A stretch of DNA of 28,922 bases from a virus (IMGVR_UViG_3300006851_000691:1-28922); one strand, 5' to 3'. Positions 8,177 to 16,627 are shown, counted from the first letter of the stretch. Made by a program: numbers and translations. Notes: a model not told the origin generated them from the sequence alone.

Positions 8177-8877
8177 TGATCGAAATCACAACACTTGCCT
8201 CCGGATCCAAGGGAAACTGCTATCTGGTGACAGATGGTAGCACTACCTTGCTCCTGGAGTGCGGAATATCGTTGAAGGAAATCAGGAAGGCACTAAATTT
8301 CAATACTAGCAATCTAGCAGGGTGTTTAGTCACGCATGAACATAAAGACCACAGCGCTGGCTTAAAAGATGTTACAAGATCAGGTATTAATTGCTATATG
8401 TCAGCTGGCACCGCAGAAGCAACCGGGATTGAACATCACAGAATCAAAAAGGTACAAGCTAAGCAGAAATTATCTATTGGAACTTGGGACATACTCCCAT
8501 TCGACGTACAGCACGATGTCAGTGAACCATATGGATTCCTGCTTCAAAACAAGAGCGGTGAGAAGCTTCTCTTTGCCACCGATACCTATTACATCAGATA
8601 CAAGTTTAAAGGTCTAACGCACCTTCTTATAGAGTGTAATTACAGCATGGAAATACTAAACGAAAACATTGCATCCGGACGAGTCCATAAAGGCATGAAG
8701 GGTCGTTTAATAAAGTCACATTTCAGCTTAGAAAACGTCAAGGAATTTCTAAAAGCTAATGATTTATCGAAGGTCCAGGTGATTCATTTGCTGCACCTGT
8801 CAGACACTAACAGTAATGAAGAACAGTTCAAAAGAGAGATACAAGAGCTTACCGGAAAAGCCGTATATATTGCTTAG
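8176..8877 (+). CDS. MBL-fold metallo-hydrolase (probable exonuclease)
   Basis: LASGSKGNCY, THEHKDH, HDV, ATDT, IECNY and LLHLS motifs. Confidence 0.9.
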   Translation: MIEITTLASGSKGNCYLVTDGSTTLLLECGISLKEIRKALNFNTSNLAGCLVTHEHKDHSAGLKDVTRSGINCYMSAGTAEATGIEHHRIKKVQAKQKLSIGTWDILPFDVQHDVSEPYGFLLQNKSGEKLLFATDTYYIRYKFKGLTHLLIECNYSMEILNENIASGRVHKGMKGRLIKSHFSLENVKEFLKANDLSKVQVIHLLHLSDTNSNEEQFKREIQELTGKAVYIA

Positions 8878-8939
8878 AAAAATAACTTTAAAGAAAGATT
8901 TGCTTTTTGCGAGATTAATAGATAAAGGAGTTTTAGAAA

Positions 8940-9773
8940 ATGACCAAAGGTGCTTTCCAAGTGAGTAGAGAGATATTCGAAAACGAGATATGGTCGGACA
9001 TCGTGAAGTTTAGGATTTTCTTTTACATTCTTGGGAAGGCGGTCTTTTCTCAAGAAGGAATTGACCAGGCTGGTATTCATCTTGAGAGGGGACAGTACCT
9101 GCGATCATTGCGGAACCTACAAAGCGATTTGTCTTACAAAGAAGGGCGAGGCAACGCGGTTAAAAAGCCTCCATTAGAGACCTTGAGAAGGAAGATTAAA
9201 TCACTTGAAAAAGAAGGCAGAATAACAACCAAATCAACAGAATATGGGACGCTCTTCACAGTCGTTAACTATGCGAAGTATCAAGGTTTTGACCACTACA
9301 AAAAGCAGTCAATGGGTCAGCAATGGGACGGCAATGAGACAGCTGTGGGACAGCGATGGGACAATAATAAGAATGGTAATAATGCTAAGAATGATAATAA
9401 AGATATAAATACATTACGTTCCAAATTAAAATTTGAAACCCACCATATGAAACTAGCAGAACTATTATTCAAGAAGATTAAAGAGAATAACCCATCTGCA
9501 CGAGAACCCAATCTTGAGTCATGGGCTAATACATTTAGGTTGATGATGGAACGACCTAAAGAGAAGCGGTCAGGTAAAGACATTCAGGACATCATCTTAT
9601 GGAGTCAGTCGCATCATTTTTGGTACAAGAATGTTCTATCTGCGGACAAGCTAAGAAAGCAGTTTGATAGATTACAACTAGAAATGAAAGACGAGACAAA
9701 CAAACCTTTGAAAGTAATTAATGGCGGAAGATTTGAAGTTCCCGCGGATGAACAGTTTGAGAATTTATTCTAG
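8940..9773 (+). CDS. Phage replication initiator (replisome organiser)
   Basis: N-terminal winged-helix-like region, repeat-encoding linker, C-terminal FWYKNVLSADKLRKQFDRL; precedes the DnaC-like gene. Confidence 0.85.
   Translation: MTKGAFQVSREIFENEIWSDIVKFRIFFYILGKAVFSQEGIDQAGIHLERGQYLRSLRNLQSDLSYKEGRGNAVKKPPLETLRRKIKSLEKEGRITTKSTEYGTLFTVVNYAKYQGFDHYKKQSMGQQWDGNETAVGQRWDNNKNGNNAKNDNKDINTLRSKLKFETHHMKLAELLFKKIKENNPSAREPNLESWANTFRLMMERPKEKRSGKDIQDIILWSQSHHFWYKNVLSADKLRKQFDRLQLEMKDETNKPLKVINGGRFEVPADEQFENLF
9310..9420. repeat. Putative replication origin: five tandem 11-bp iterons plus AT-rich tract
   Basis: CAATGGGTCAG, CAATGGGACGG, CAATGAGACAG, CTGTGGGACAG, CGATGGGACAA (9310-9364), followed by an AT-rich stretch. 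Confidence 0.8.
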
Positions 9774-9784
9774 GAGGTTATCGC

Positions 9785-10603
9785 ATGAAAGCTACAAGTG
9801 CAATAAAAGAAATTTTTGCTGGATGGGAGAAACGGAATATTATAACTGCAATTTGTTCCGAGTGTGGTGAGCAATTTGAAAACTATGATCTGTACGGAAA
9901 CGGAGAGTTTAAAGCAAATATTGACGATGATGTCTGCCCGACATGTAAAAAGAACAAAGAAGAAGCGGAAATGGTCAGGCAAATCATGGAACGGCGCGAG
10001 GAAAGAAAGTATATAAAGTTCGATAGATTTTCCATTCTTCCGGTTGAACTGGTACACGCGTCATTAGATAACTACGTGCCAAAAAACGAAAGTCAGACAG
10101 ATGCGGTAGAAACAATAAACCAATTTGTTTCAGGTGAACACGAGAAAACAACGATGTTTTTCCAGGGAGATACTGGTCTCGGCAAGACTCATCTTTCTAT
10201 GGCTACTTATAAGCGATTTAAAGATAACGGTCATTCAGCGGTTTTTATTGATTTGCCATCACTATTAGCGAGCATCCGGAACACATACAGCGGTCACAGC
10301 GATATGACTCAAGATAAAATAATGCAACTGATTAAAGACTGCGAACTTCTTGTGTTGGACGACATTGGCGCTGAATACGTAAAGCCTGATGCCAGCGGGT
10401 TTGAAAGCTGGGCTGCAGATATACTTTTTCAAATTGTTAATGCTCGACAAAGCATGAAGAATATTTACACAACGAATTTCACGGCGAAATACCTTAATCA
10501 AAAATACGGCATGATGTCGAAGCGAATCCTATCCCGACTAATGAACAATGCGAAGGTTATCAAAATGGAAGGCAAGGATCATAGATTGGAGGGGCTGGAC
10601 TAA
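9785..10603 (+). CDS. DnaC/IstB-like AAA+ helicase loader
   Basis: CSEC...CPTC zinc motif, Walker A GDTGLGKT, Walker B LLVLDDIGAE, TTN, RILSRL. Confidence 0.9.
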   Translation: MKATSAIKEIFAGWEKRNIITAICSECGEQFENYDLYGNGEFKANIDDDVCPTCKKNKEEAEMVRQIMERREERKYIKFDRFSILPVELVHASLDNYVPKNESQTDAVETINQFVSGEHEKTTMFFQGDTGLGKTHLSMATYKRFKDNGHSAVFIDLPSLLASIRNTYSGHSDMTQDKIMQLIKDCELLVLDDIGAEYVKPDASGFESWAADILFQIVNARQSMKNIYTTNFTAKYLNQKYGMMSKRILSRLMNNAKVIKMEGKDHRLEGLD

Positions 10604-10788
10604 TGGACAATGAAGTTTTCTCCGATACAGCAAAATGCGGCCGTTGTGGCCGTGAATTGACAGATGTAATAAGTATGGAGCGCGGTTATGGTCCGGTCTG
10701 CTATGAAAAGCACTTAACAGCGCTGGCGGATGAGGAATTTGAAAAGAATCAGGTAACTATTGATGAAGTGATGGAAAGGGATGGGTAA
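10603..10788 (+). CDS. Small zinc-finger protein (DUF6011-like)
   Basis: CGRCGRELTD..S.ERGYGPVC. Confidence 0.75.
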   Translation: MDNEVFSDTAKCGRCGRELTDVISMERGYGPVCYEKHLTALADEEFEKNQVTIDEVMERDG

Positions 10789-10790
10789 AT

Positions 10791-11138
10791 ATGCGTCAGA
10801 AACTTGATCTAGGTTATATGCAAGATGTTTTAAAAGAAAATTATGTATCCAAATCAGATATGGCAAAGAGCTTAGGCATAACCCGATCACATATACAGGA
10901 AGTGTTCAAAAATAAAGGAGTTGGAGGAAAAGTACTTGATGGTTTGAAGAAAGAAGCTGCAAATAAAGGTTTTGATTATGAACTTTGTTTAAAACCGAAA
11001 CCGATTGTGATGAATGGTCAGTATTTCGATTCAATTGTAGTCACTACTGATGACGATTATTTAATTGCTTCCATCACATCAAGAGACATTATAGCTGAAA
11101 ATGGCACAAAAGTTATAGTGGTTCCTTTTGACTATTAG
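10791..11138 (+). CDS. HTH-domain protein
   Basis: SKSDMAKSLGITRSHI HTH-like segment. Confidence 0.7.
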   Translation: MRQKLDLGYMQDVLKENYVSKSDMAKSLGITRSHIQEVFKNKGVGGKVLDGLKKEAANKGFDYELCLKPKPIVMNGQYFDSIVVTTDDDYLIASITSRDIIAENGTKVIVVPFDY

Positions 11139-11347
11139 TCTAGATTATTATTTTTTGATCCATCAGGATTTGATACGGGCGTAGCAACGCCATCAATAAC
11201 TCTAACGTGATGTTTTGGATAATTACCAGCTTTAATTTCTTTAACAAACTGATTGTTAGTCATGGTCTTCTTTTGGTAATTATCACGAAACTTAAGATTA
11301 CGACCTGTGTCACTTTCTAAAATTGTTGAAACTCTTTTTCTAGCCAT
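11135..11347 (-). CDS. DUF3892-like small protein, inverted moron
   Basis: RBS GAGGTGG; C-terminal SNPDGSKNNNLD; minus-strand TGtTATAAT at 11409-11401. Confidence 0.75.
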   Translation of the reverse strand: MARKRVSTILESDTGRNLKFRDNYQKKTMTNNQFVKEIKAGNYPKHHVRVIDGVATPVSNPDGSKNNNLD

Positions 11348-11447
11348 TTAACCACCTCAGTATTATAAATTGAAACCACTATAATTTGTGCTTGTACTAA
11401 ATTATAACACAATATATTGTACAAATGAAGAACGGAGATGAGAGCAA

Positions 11448-11624
11448 ATGTTTCAAGGTATGAAATCAGTAATGGCATTTGATCCAAAAGATACGGATGA
11501 ACAGACGGCAACAAAGTATATGGACTGGATGCGCGACAACAAAATAAGTGCTGTTGGGGATAAAGCAGTTCCCAATGCGGAGCAGACACGAATCTATTTA
11601 AGCAAAAGGAAGAGGCTGGCATGA
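11448..11624 (+). CDS. 58-aa hypothetical protein MFQGMKSVMAFDPKD... (not in ORF track)
   Basis: GGAGATG RBS-like site; stop overlaps the next ATG (ATGA). Confidence 0.6.
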   Translation: MFQGMKSVMAFDPKDTDEQTATKYMDWMRDNKISAVGDKAVPNAEQTRIYLSKRKRLA

Positions 11625-11977
11625 AACCGGAACGTGCAAGAGACTATGTCATTCTGCTAGACGATTTAAATTTCCAGGTGTCGAAAAGCGAATTAAAACA
11701 CATCACGAATCTACATAACGACGGCATGGATTTTGAAGACATAGCGAAAGAAACGAATCGGGATCCCTACGAAGTCGTTCTTGCTTTGTTGCACCAGGCG
11801 AAAATAGGAGCGAATATCAAGCCAATTGCATACCGGGTGCAGAGGCCAAAGCAAATTGCAAAATATGATCGGCTGAACGCCGCTGTAGAAGTGAAAAAAA
11901 TGAAAAAAGGCAAACCTACCGTAATAGAGATTGATGGACATCGGTATGTACATGAACCGGAGACGAAAAGAAGGTAA
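11621..11977 (+). CDS. HTH-containing phage protein
   Basis: GMDFEDIAKETNRDPYEV..ALLH. Confidence 0.7.
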   Translation: MKPERARDYVILLDDLNFQVSKSELKHITNLHNDGMDFEDIAKETNRDPYEVVLALLHQAKIGANIKPIAYRVQRPKQIAKYDRLNAAVEVKKMKKGKPTVIEIDGHRYVHEPETKRR

Positions 11978-12006
11978 AACTTACAAAAATTATAGGACGT
12001 GATCTC

Positions 12007-12180
12007 ATGAAAGTAGTCGATACGCAAGAACAACTCATGATTAATCACATCACGGAACAACTTCACGAGTTAAATTATTATGACACCGAAGGCAAAACCG
12101 GGAGAGAACTGGCATACATCCTGGCCCGGATCCGGTACATGCAAATAGAAGCCGGTAATCCGGAAAGTGGGTGGTTTTGA
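12007..12180 (+). CDS. 57-aa hypothetical protein MKVVDTQEQL...NPESGWF (not in ORF track)
   Basis: AGGACGTG RBS-like site; TGATG coupling to the next gene; fills the gap. Confidence 0.65.
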   Translation: MKVVDTQEQLMINHITEQLHELNYYDTEGKTGRELAYILARIRYMQIEAGNPESGWF

Positions 12181-12425
12181 TGGACCAATTATCACTTTTT
12201 ACGGAAACAGAAACGAGCGAAACAATCATCCCAGATGACGTTATTTCACCATTAGAAACTAACAAAAGTGTTAAGTCAAAGGAATTTAAAAAGGTACAGG
12301 AACGCTGGAGCAAGTATGTTAAGTCTGTTCAGAGTACATTTAATTGCTCTTGGTTCGAAGCCAGGAAGATATTAATTGAACATCGGGACAAACAGGATCC
12401 AATCAGTATCCGTTTGGCGGAATAG
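12180..12425 (+). CDS. Hypothetical protein with N-terminal QLSLF clamp-binding-like motif
   Basis: Starts MDQLSLF at a TGATG overlap. Confidence 0.7.
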   Translation: MDQLSLFTETETSETIIPDDVISPLETNKSVKSKEFKKVQERWSKYVKSVQSTFNCSWFEARKILIEHRDKQDPISIRLAE

Positions 12426-12439
12426 GGGGAGGAATTGGG

Positions 12440-12649
12440 TTGAGATTAAAGGAATATGCCGTTTATAAAGGTGAAGAAAATTTATGTATTGGAACAGCAA
12501 GAGAATGTGCTGAAATGCTAGGAGTTACAGCAAAGTATGTATATTGGCTTGTAACACCTACAGCTAAAGGGAGATTAGCAAGCAGGAAATGTCCTGAAAA
12601 GGCTATAACTGCTGTGGTTTTAGATGATGGGAGTGAGAATGAATGTTAA
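12440..12649 (+). CDS. Small phage HTH-like protein
   Basis: EYAVYKGE..LCIGTARECAEMLGV; RBS GGGGGAGG. Confidence 0.75.
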   Translation: MRLKEYAVYKGEENLCIGTARECAEMLGVTAKYVYWLVTPTAKGRLASRKCPEKAITAVVLDDGSENEC

Positions 12650-12921
12650 TAAAACTAGTGTTAGCACTTGGGTTAAGTTCTACATTCGCAGGAAGCGATG
12701 CGGAAACATTCCAATGTGAAGTAATACCATTAGCAGGATACGGGTTTGAACAGGTAAGCAATGATCATTCCGAGTATGTCTGCGTGCATCCTAACGATTA
12801 TACAGATTTTATTATTGTTGAATCTCCAAATGGGTTAGATACCGGAGACATAATGCAGGTTGAGTTGAAGAATGGCGAGGTTGTAAGTCAGCACAGGGTT
12901 AAAAGTTTGAATTCATTGTAG
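12643..12921 (+). CDS. Putative exported small protein
   Basis: Signal-peptide-like MLIKLVLALGLSSTFAG; two Cys. Confidence 0.65.
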   Translation: MLIKLVLALGLSSTFAGSDAETFQCEVIPLAGYGFEQVSNDHSEYVCVHPNDYTDFIIVESPNGLDTGDIMQVELKNGEVVSQHRVKSLNSL

Positions 12922-12932
12922 GAGGTAATCCA

Positions 12933-13046
12933 GTGAAAATCTACGTTAAAGAAATCAAAGAACGCACTGTAGATGGGGATTATATAACTGTGGTGAAAAC
13001 ATACGAAAGTCAGCCTAAAGGAAAGTATTATATTGTCTGGAGATAA
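12933..13046 (+). CDS. 37-aa hypothetical protein MKIYVKEIKE...YYIVWR (not in ORF track)
   Basis: Strong AGGAGGT RBS before GTG. Confidence 0.6.
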   Translation: MKIYVKEIKERTVDGDYITVVKTYESQPKGKYYIVWR

Positions 13047-13050
13047 CACT

Positions 13051-13170
13051 ATGAACCTATCAAAACTAATTACTAAAGTACGTGAAGCATTTAACCACGC
13101 AGATCAGGCAGCTGCGGAACGGATATTACAGCAGATTAACTTCATGCTGAATGGGAGGGCTAATAGATGA
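13051..13170 (+). CDS. 39-aa hypothetical protein MNLSKLITKV... (not in ORF track)
   Basis: GGAG RBS; ATGA overlap with the dUTPase start. Confidence 0.6.
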   Translation: MNLSKLITKVREAFNHADQAAAERILQQINFMLNGRANR

Positions 13171-13700
13171 AAGTAAAACGAGTACACAAAGATGCAGTGC
13201 TTCCTAGATATGCAAAGGAAGGCGATAGCGGATTTGACCTTGTGGCTGTTCAAGAAACGATTATTGAGCCTGGGGAAACCAAACTCATTAAAACAGGATT
13301 GGCGTTTGATATCCCTAAAGGTTATGAAATACAGGTTAGACCGCGTTCAGGAGTTACTCTAAGAACTAAGTTGAGAGTGCAATTAGGAACAGTCGATTCT
13401 AATTATCGTGGTGAAGTTGGTGTAATTGTGGACCATATATTAGATGAACCTTGGAATTGGTCTACTGGGGGATTAACAGTATTGCCAACCGTGAGTACGT
13501 TGGATGGAGAAATAATCGACTGGAAAGAAGATATAGCATTAGATTCTTACCTAATCCGCAAAGGTGATCGCATAGCACAAGGTGTATTAGTTCCGGTAGT
13601 GCATACCACGTTTGAAGAAGTAGACAAGTTATCAAATTCCGAAAGAGGTACTAATGGTTACGGTTCAACTGGAGTGAGCGCCAATGTCGATAAGCATTGA
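13167..13700 (+). CDS. dut: Trimeric dUTPase with phage-specific insertion
   Basis: Motifs SGFDL, RPRSG, GTVDSNYRGEV, GDRIAQ, RGTNGYGSTG. Confidence 0.93.
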   Translation: MKVKRVHKDAVLPRYAKEGDSGFDLVAVQETIIEPGETKLIKTGLAFDIPKGYEIQVRPRSGVTLRTKLRVQLGTVDSNYRGEVGVIVDHILDEPWNWSTGGLTVLPTVSTLDGEIIDWKEDIALDSYLIRKGDRIAQGVLVPVVHTTFEEVDKLSNSERGTNGYGSTGVSANVDKH

Positions 13701-13959
13701 TGGAAAGGTATATAGAGTAAAGCAGAAAGTGAAGTATGCCGAGGACTTTCCGAAGCCGAATAGCAATAGAAACGTTATTCAACCCAAACTTGGTCGTTGT
13801 CTGATTTATATAATATCGGTTGGTATACCTGAGTGGTCGAACGACATGTCTGTACTTGTGCCGATTCGATTTTACATTACGCAGATAATCGAACCTAACA
13901 AGGAGTATTTGGCAGATAAAAAACGGAAAGATAGCAAATTAAAATTGGTTAAGGGGTGA
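13684..13959 (+). CDS. Hypothetical phage protein
   Basis: GGAGTG RBS; operon packing. Confidence 0.6.
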   Translation: MSISIDGKVYRVKQKVKYAEDFPKPNSNRNVIQPKLGRCLIYIISVGIPEWSNDMSVLVPIRFYITQIIEPNKEYLADKKRKDSKLKLVKG

Positions 13960-13963
13960 TTTT

Positions 13964-14182
13964 ATGTTCAAACCAGTTAGCAGACTACGGCATAAAAGCA
14001 TTCACAAGCTGATCAAAATGTGCCAAGAAAAAGAACAGGCGGGCTGGGAATGCATAAAGCCTATACAGAAATCAGACAGTTATTTCAAGCATTTCTCTAA
14101 AGATAGTTACAACCGGTATGAATATCAAAACACAGATGTAAACAACTACTATGAAGCTGTTTATCAAAAGAAGGTGATGTGA
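13964..14182 (+). CDS. Hypothetical phage protein
   Basis: RBS AAGGGGTG. Confidence 0.7.
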   Translation: MFKPVSRLRHKSIHKLIKMCQEKEQAGWECIKPIQKSDSYFKHFSKDSYNRYEYQNTDVNNYYEAVYQKKVM

Positions 14183-14620
14183 ATGTATTTAGACTTTATT
14201 ATTCCCGGTCCGTGCATTCCGCAGGGCCGACCGAGGGCATCGAGAAGAAATGGAAAACTAGTAATGTACGATCCAAAAGAATCACGTGAGTATAAACAGT
14301 ACGTTGCTTTAATCGCTAAACAACATGCACCTAAAAAGTTATATACAGGAGCACTACACGTTCATTTGAAGATTTATAGACAAATACCCAAGTCAACAAC
14401 AAAGAAGAATAGGGAACTCTTTAATGCAGGAATTAAGTGTCCTGTTGTAAAGGCTGATATTGATAACTATTCAAAGAGCATACTGGATTCTTTGAACGGG
14501 ATCATTTACAAGGATGATAGTCAAATTGTGGATCTAAGCGCCAGCAAATATTATTCAGATAACCCACGGGTGGAAGTGATGATAAAAGAAATAATGCGGG
14601 AGGGGATAGCTTGCGAATGA
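14183..14620 (+). CDS. rusA: RusA-family Holliday junction resolvase
   Basis: QGRPR, KADIDNYSKSILDSLNGIIYKDDSQIV, PRVEV. Confidence 0.92.
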   Translation: MYLDFIIPGPCIPQGRPRASRRNGKLVMYDPKESREYKQYVALIAKQHAPKKLYTGALHVHLKIYRQIPKSTTKKNRELFNAGIKCPVVKADIDNYSKSILDSLNGIIYKDDSQIVDLSASKYYSDNPRVEVMIKEIMREGIACE

Positions 14621-14841
14621 CGGGTTTAATACTACTTGTATTGCTTACAATCGGGCTTGGAGTTACAACGGTAATCAATTACAAATCGTATGAGGACACA
14701 CAAGCAAAATATGAAAAAGCACTGGATGAACTGGAACGGCAGGAATTTAAGAATTACTTGCTCCAGGAAGATAATGCAACAATGCAGGATCAGATATGGC
14801 ATCTCAACCAGAATTTGATGCATAGGGAGGCGGAGGAATGA
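14617..14841 (+). CDS. Small membrane-anchored coiled-coil protein
   Basis: N-terminal TM helix then heptad pattern; ATGA overlap. Confidence 0.7.
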   Translation: MTGLILLVLLTIGLGVTTVINYKSYEDTQAKYEKALDELERQEFKNYLLQEDNATMQDQIWHLNQNLMHREAEE

Positions 14842-15026
14842 AAGCACAAACTATCATTACACTAACGGAAGATATGTCAGAGGAAAAATACGAGGCATTT
14901 AGAGAATTGTTAAGCTCACCGGCCTTATTAGAGCATAGTAAAAATGCGTTAAAAGAAGTGGTTGCAAATACATTTGATGGTTCTACAGAAACCATTGAAG
15001 TAGATTTCAAAGAAGTTGAAGAATGA
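14838..15026 (+). CDS. Hypothetical phage protein
   Basis: RBS GGGAGG; ATGA overlaps. Confidence 0.65.
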   Translation: MKAQTIITLTEDMSEEKYEAFRELLSSPALLEHSKNALKEVVANTFDGSTETIEVDFKEVEE

Positions 15027-15205
15027 ATTTTAGGAGTGATCGAGCAATGAAGCAAGACAAAGCAACACATAAGAAAAAAAGAAAGAGCCATTTAAAATTG
15101 GGTAAGGAAACGTTTGGCGATATGCCGATTGATGAATGTTTCAGGAAAGCATTTGAGCCATACTTTTGCCCTGATAAAATGAGGGAATTTATACAGAGAA
15201 GCTAG
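15023..15205 (+). CDS. Hypothetical protein (start possibly ATG 15047)
   Basis: AGGAGTG RBS inside the ORF; operon packing. Confidence 0.55.
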   Translation: MNFRSDRAMKQDKATHKKKRKSHLKLGKETFGDMPIDECFRKAFEPYFCPDKMREFIQRS

Positions 15206-15270
15206 GGAAAAAAGATCAGGACTTTTCCTGAATAATGATAAATCTAAACATATACAGGAGGGGATTTTCA

Positions 15271-15468
15271 ATGAACACACAAGATATAGAGCCTACTAGT
15301 AATAACAGACTAGAATTTGATATGATGGATATACCTTCCAGTTGTGTGATAGTTATTTGCGATGGTAAAGCTAAATTGAGGGAGCTGCCGCCATTCGGGG
15401 AATACAAAATTGTTACACATCAAGGGAAGGTGAAACGAATGCGGAGGGAAGAGGGGGAGGAATTTTGA
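15271..15468 (+). CDS. XtrA/YqaO-like small protein
   Basis: VIVICDGKAKLRELPPFGEYKIVTHQGKVKR pattern; RBS AGGAGGGG; located upstream of the late regulator as in PBSX/skin. Confidence 0.7.
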   Translation: MNTQDIEPTSNNRLEFDMMDIPSSCVIVICDGKAKLRELPPFGEYKIVTHQGKVKRMRREEGEEF

Positions 15469-15983
15469 CCCAGCAGGAACTATTAGAAGTCTTGTCGCTT
15501 TACCAAGAGAAAGACTGGATGGATTGGGCAACTTTTATCGTATCAATACTGACTCCAATAATTACGTTAGTATCAGTTATTATTGCTTGGAGAGCAACCA
15601 AGGTTTCTAAAAGAGCAACGGAATTAAATTTGAAAATGTATAAAGAACAAAAGGAAGAGAGCGAAAAGAGCCACTTACCAGTTTTCGAGGTGCAAACTCT
15701 TATATTGTCTAGTGATACTGTAAGAGTAAACCTAATCAATAGAAACAGTAAAACAATTTCTATTTCGAATATTGCATATGAAGGTTCAATTGATGCTTTT
15801 GAAAAAAAGAGGCCGAACGAAGATGAATTAAAAATGCAATTTCTAGGCGACTTTAAAGATAATGATCAAATAAAAGTATGGTTGTATTATACAACCCAAA
15901 GTCATAACTATTATGCTTCTGAAATTGTTTTTCGGATAGTTGAAAGAGCTGTTGTGATAGAGAGTCATAAAATTACAAACTGA
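15465..15983 (+). CDS. AT-rich membrane-anchored hypothetical protein (accessory insertion)
   Basis: One TM helix (ATFIVSILTPIITLVSVIIAW), short coiled coil, beta-rich domain. Confidence 0.75.
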   Translation: MTQQELLEVLSLYQEKDWMDWATFIVSILTPIITLVSVIIAWRATKVSKRATELNLKMYKEQKEESEKSHLPVFEVQTLILSSDTVRVNLINRNSKTISISNIAYEGSIDAFEKKRPNEDELKMQFLGDFKDNDQIKVWLYYTTQSHNYYASEIVFRIVERAVVIESHKITN

Positions 15984-16001
15984 AATTAATTTAAAGTTCT
16001 A

Positions 16002-16060
16002 CCAGCCAACTGGAGGACACTGAATGACGCAATAAGCGTTGTTTGGTGTCCTTTTTATAT
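16002..16060 (+). terminator. Small hairpin plus 17-bp terminator hairpin before the late regulator
   Basis: CCAG-CCAA-CTGG, then AGGACACTGAATGACGC-AATAA-GCGTTGTTTGGTGTCCT-TTTTATAT with four G-U pairs. Confidence 0.8.
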
Positions 16061-16074
16061 TGAGGGAGGAAAAC

Positions 16075-16272
16075 ATGTACAAGTGGAAGATCAGCGAATA
16101 CAGAAAAGACAAGCGAACGGGAGCAATTAGTCCCGTGGAACCTAGCAAATATTACAAACATCTACTTGAGGGAGTGGAGCTGTATGAACGAAAAACAGAT
16201 CGAAAGCGCGCTAAGGGATTACAATTGGATGATAAACGAGATCAAAAGACAGCGTCAGTTAATGGGGTATGA
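16075..16272 (+). CDS. Small basic ORF overlapping the late regulator start
   Basis: Very strong RBS GAGGGAGG before ATG 16075; 89-nt out-of-frame overlap with the next gene. Confidence 0.5.
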   Translation: MYKWKISEYRKDKRTGAISPVEPSKYYKHLLEGVELYERKTDRKRAKGLQLDDKRDQKTASVNGV

Positions 16273-16609
16273 AGGTGGGAACCTGGTTGCCCAAGGCGGA
16301 ATAGAATCGACCATGCCAAAAGCACAAGGGGGTACTAGCGACCCGGTGGCTTTAGAGGTTATTAGGAGAGATAAAGCTAGTAAGTGGGTTCTCAAATTAG
16401 AGGATAAGGTGCTCTACATTCAAGAGCGTATGTGCATTATACAGGATGAGCGGGAAAAGGCTGTGCTTGAATGCATGTTGGATGGATTAAGCATGGTTGC
16501 AATCACTAAGCATATGGGGCTTTCCAGGACACATATTTATAGAATAAAAGACAGCATAATTGGCAAAATGTTACACTTTGAACAGTATGAACAAACAATG
16601 ACAGGATAA
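16184..16609 (+). CDS. Late transcriptional activator (ArpU/RinA-like, C-terminal sigma region-4-like HTH)
   Basis: REKAVLECMLDGLSMVAITKHMGLSRTHIYRIKDSI; last gene before the packaging module. Confidence 0.8.
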   Translation: MNEKQIESALRDYNWMINEIKRQRQLMGYEGGNLVAQGGIESTMPKAQGGTSDPVALEVIRRDKASKWVLKLEDKVLYIQERMCIIQDEREKAVLECMLDGLSMVAITKHMGLSRTHIYRIKDSIIGKMLHFEQYEQTMTG

Positions 16610-16627
16610 AAATGCATAGTGTAGAAT
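16569..16627 (+). promoter_or_regulatory. Putative late promoter with 9-bp-period activator repeats
   Basis: TGTTACA (16569), TTGAACA (16578), ATGAACA (16587); ATGACA (16598-16603) - 18 nt - TAGAAT (16622-16627). Confidence 0.6.

Noticed and set aside
9310-9364. Tandem repeats as a CRISPR array
   Set aside because: 11-bp abutting degenerate repeats without spacers, inside a CDS; no cas genes.
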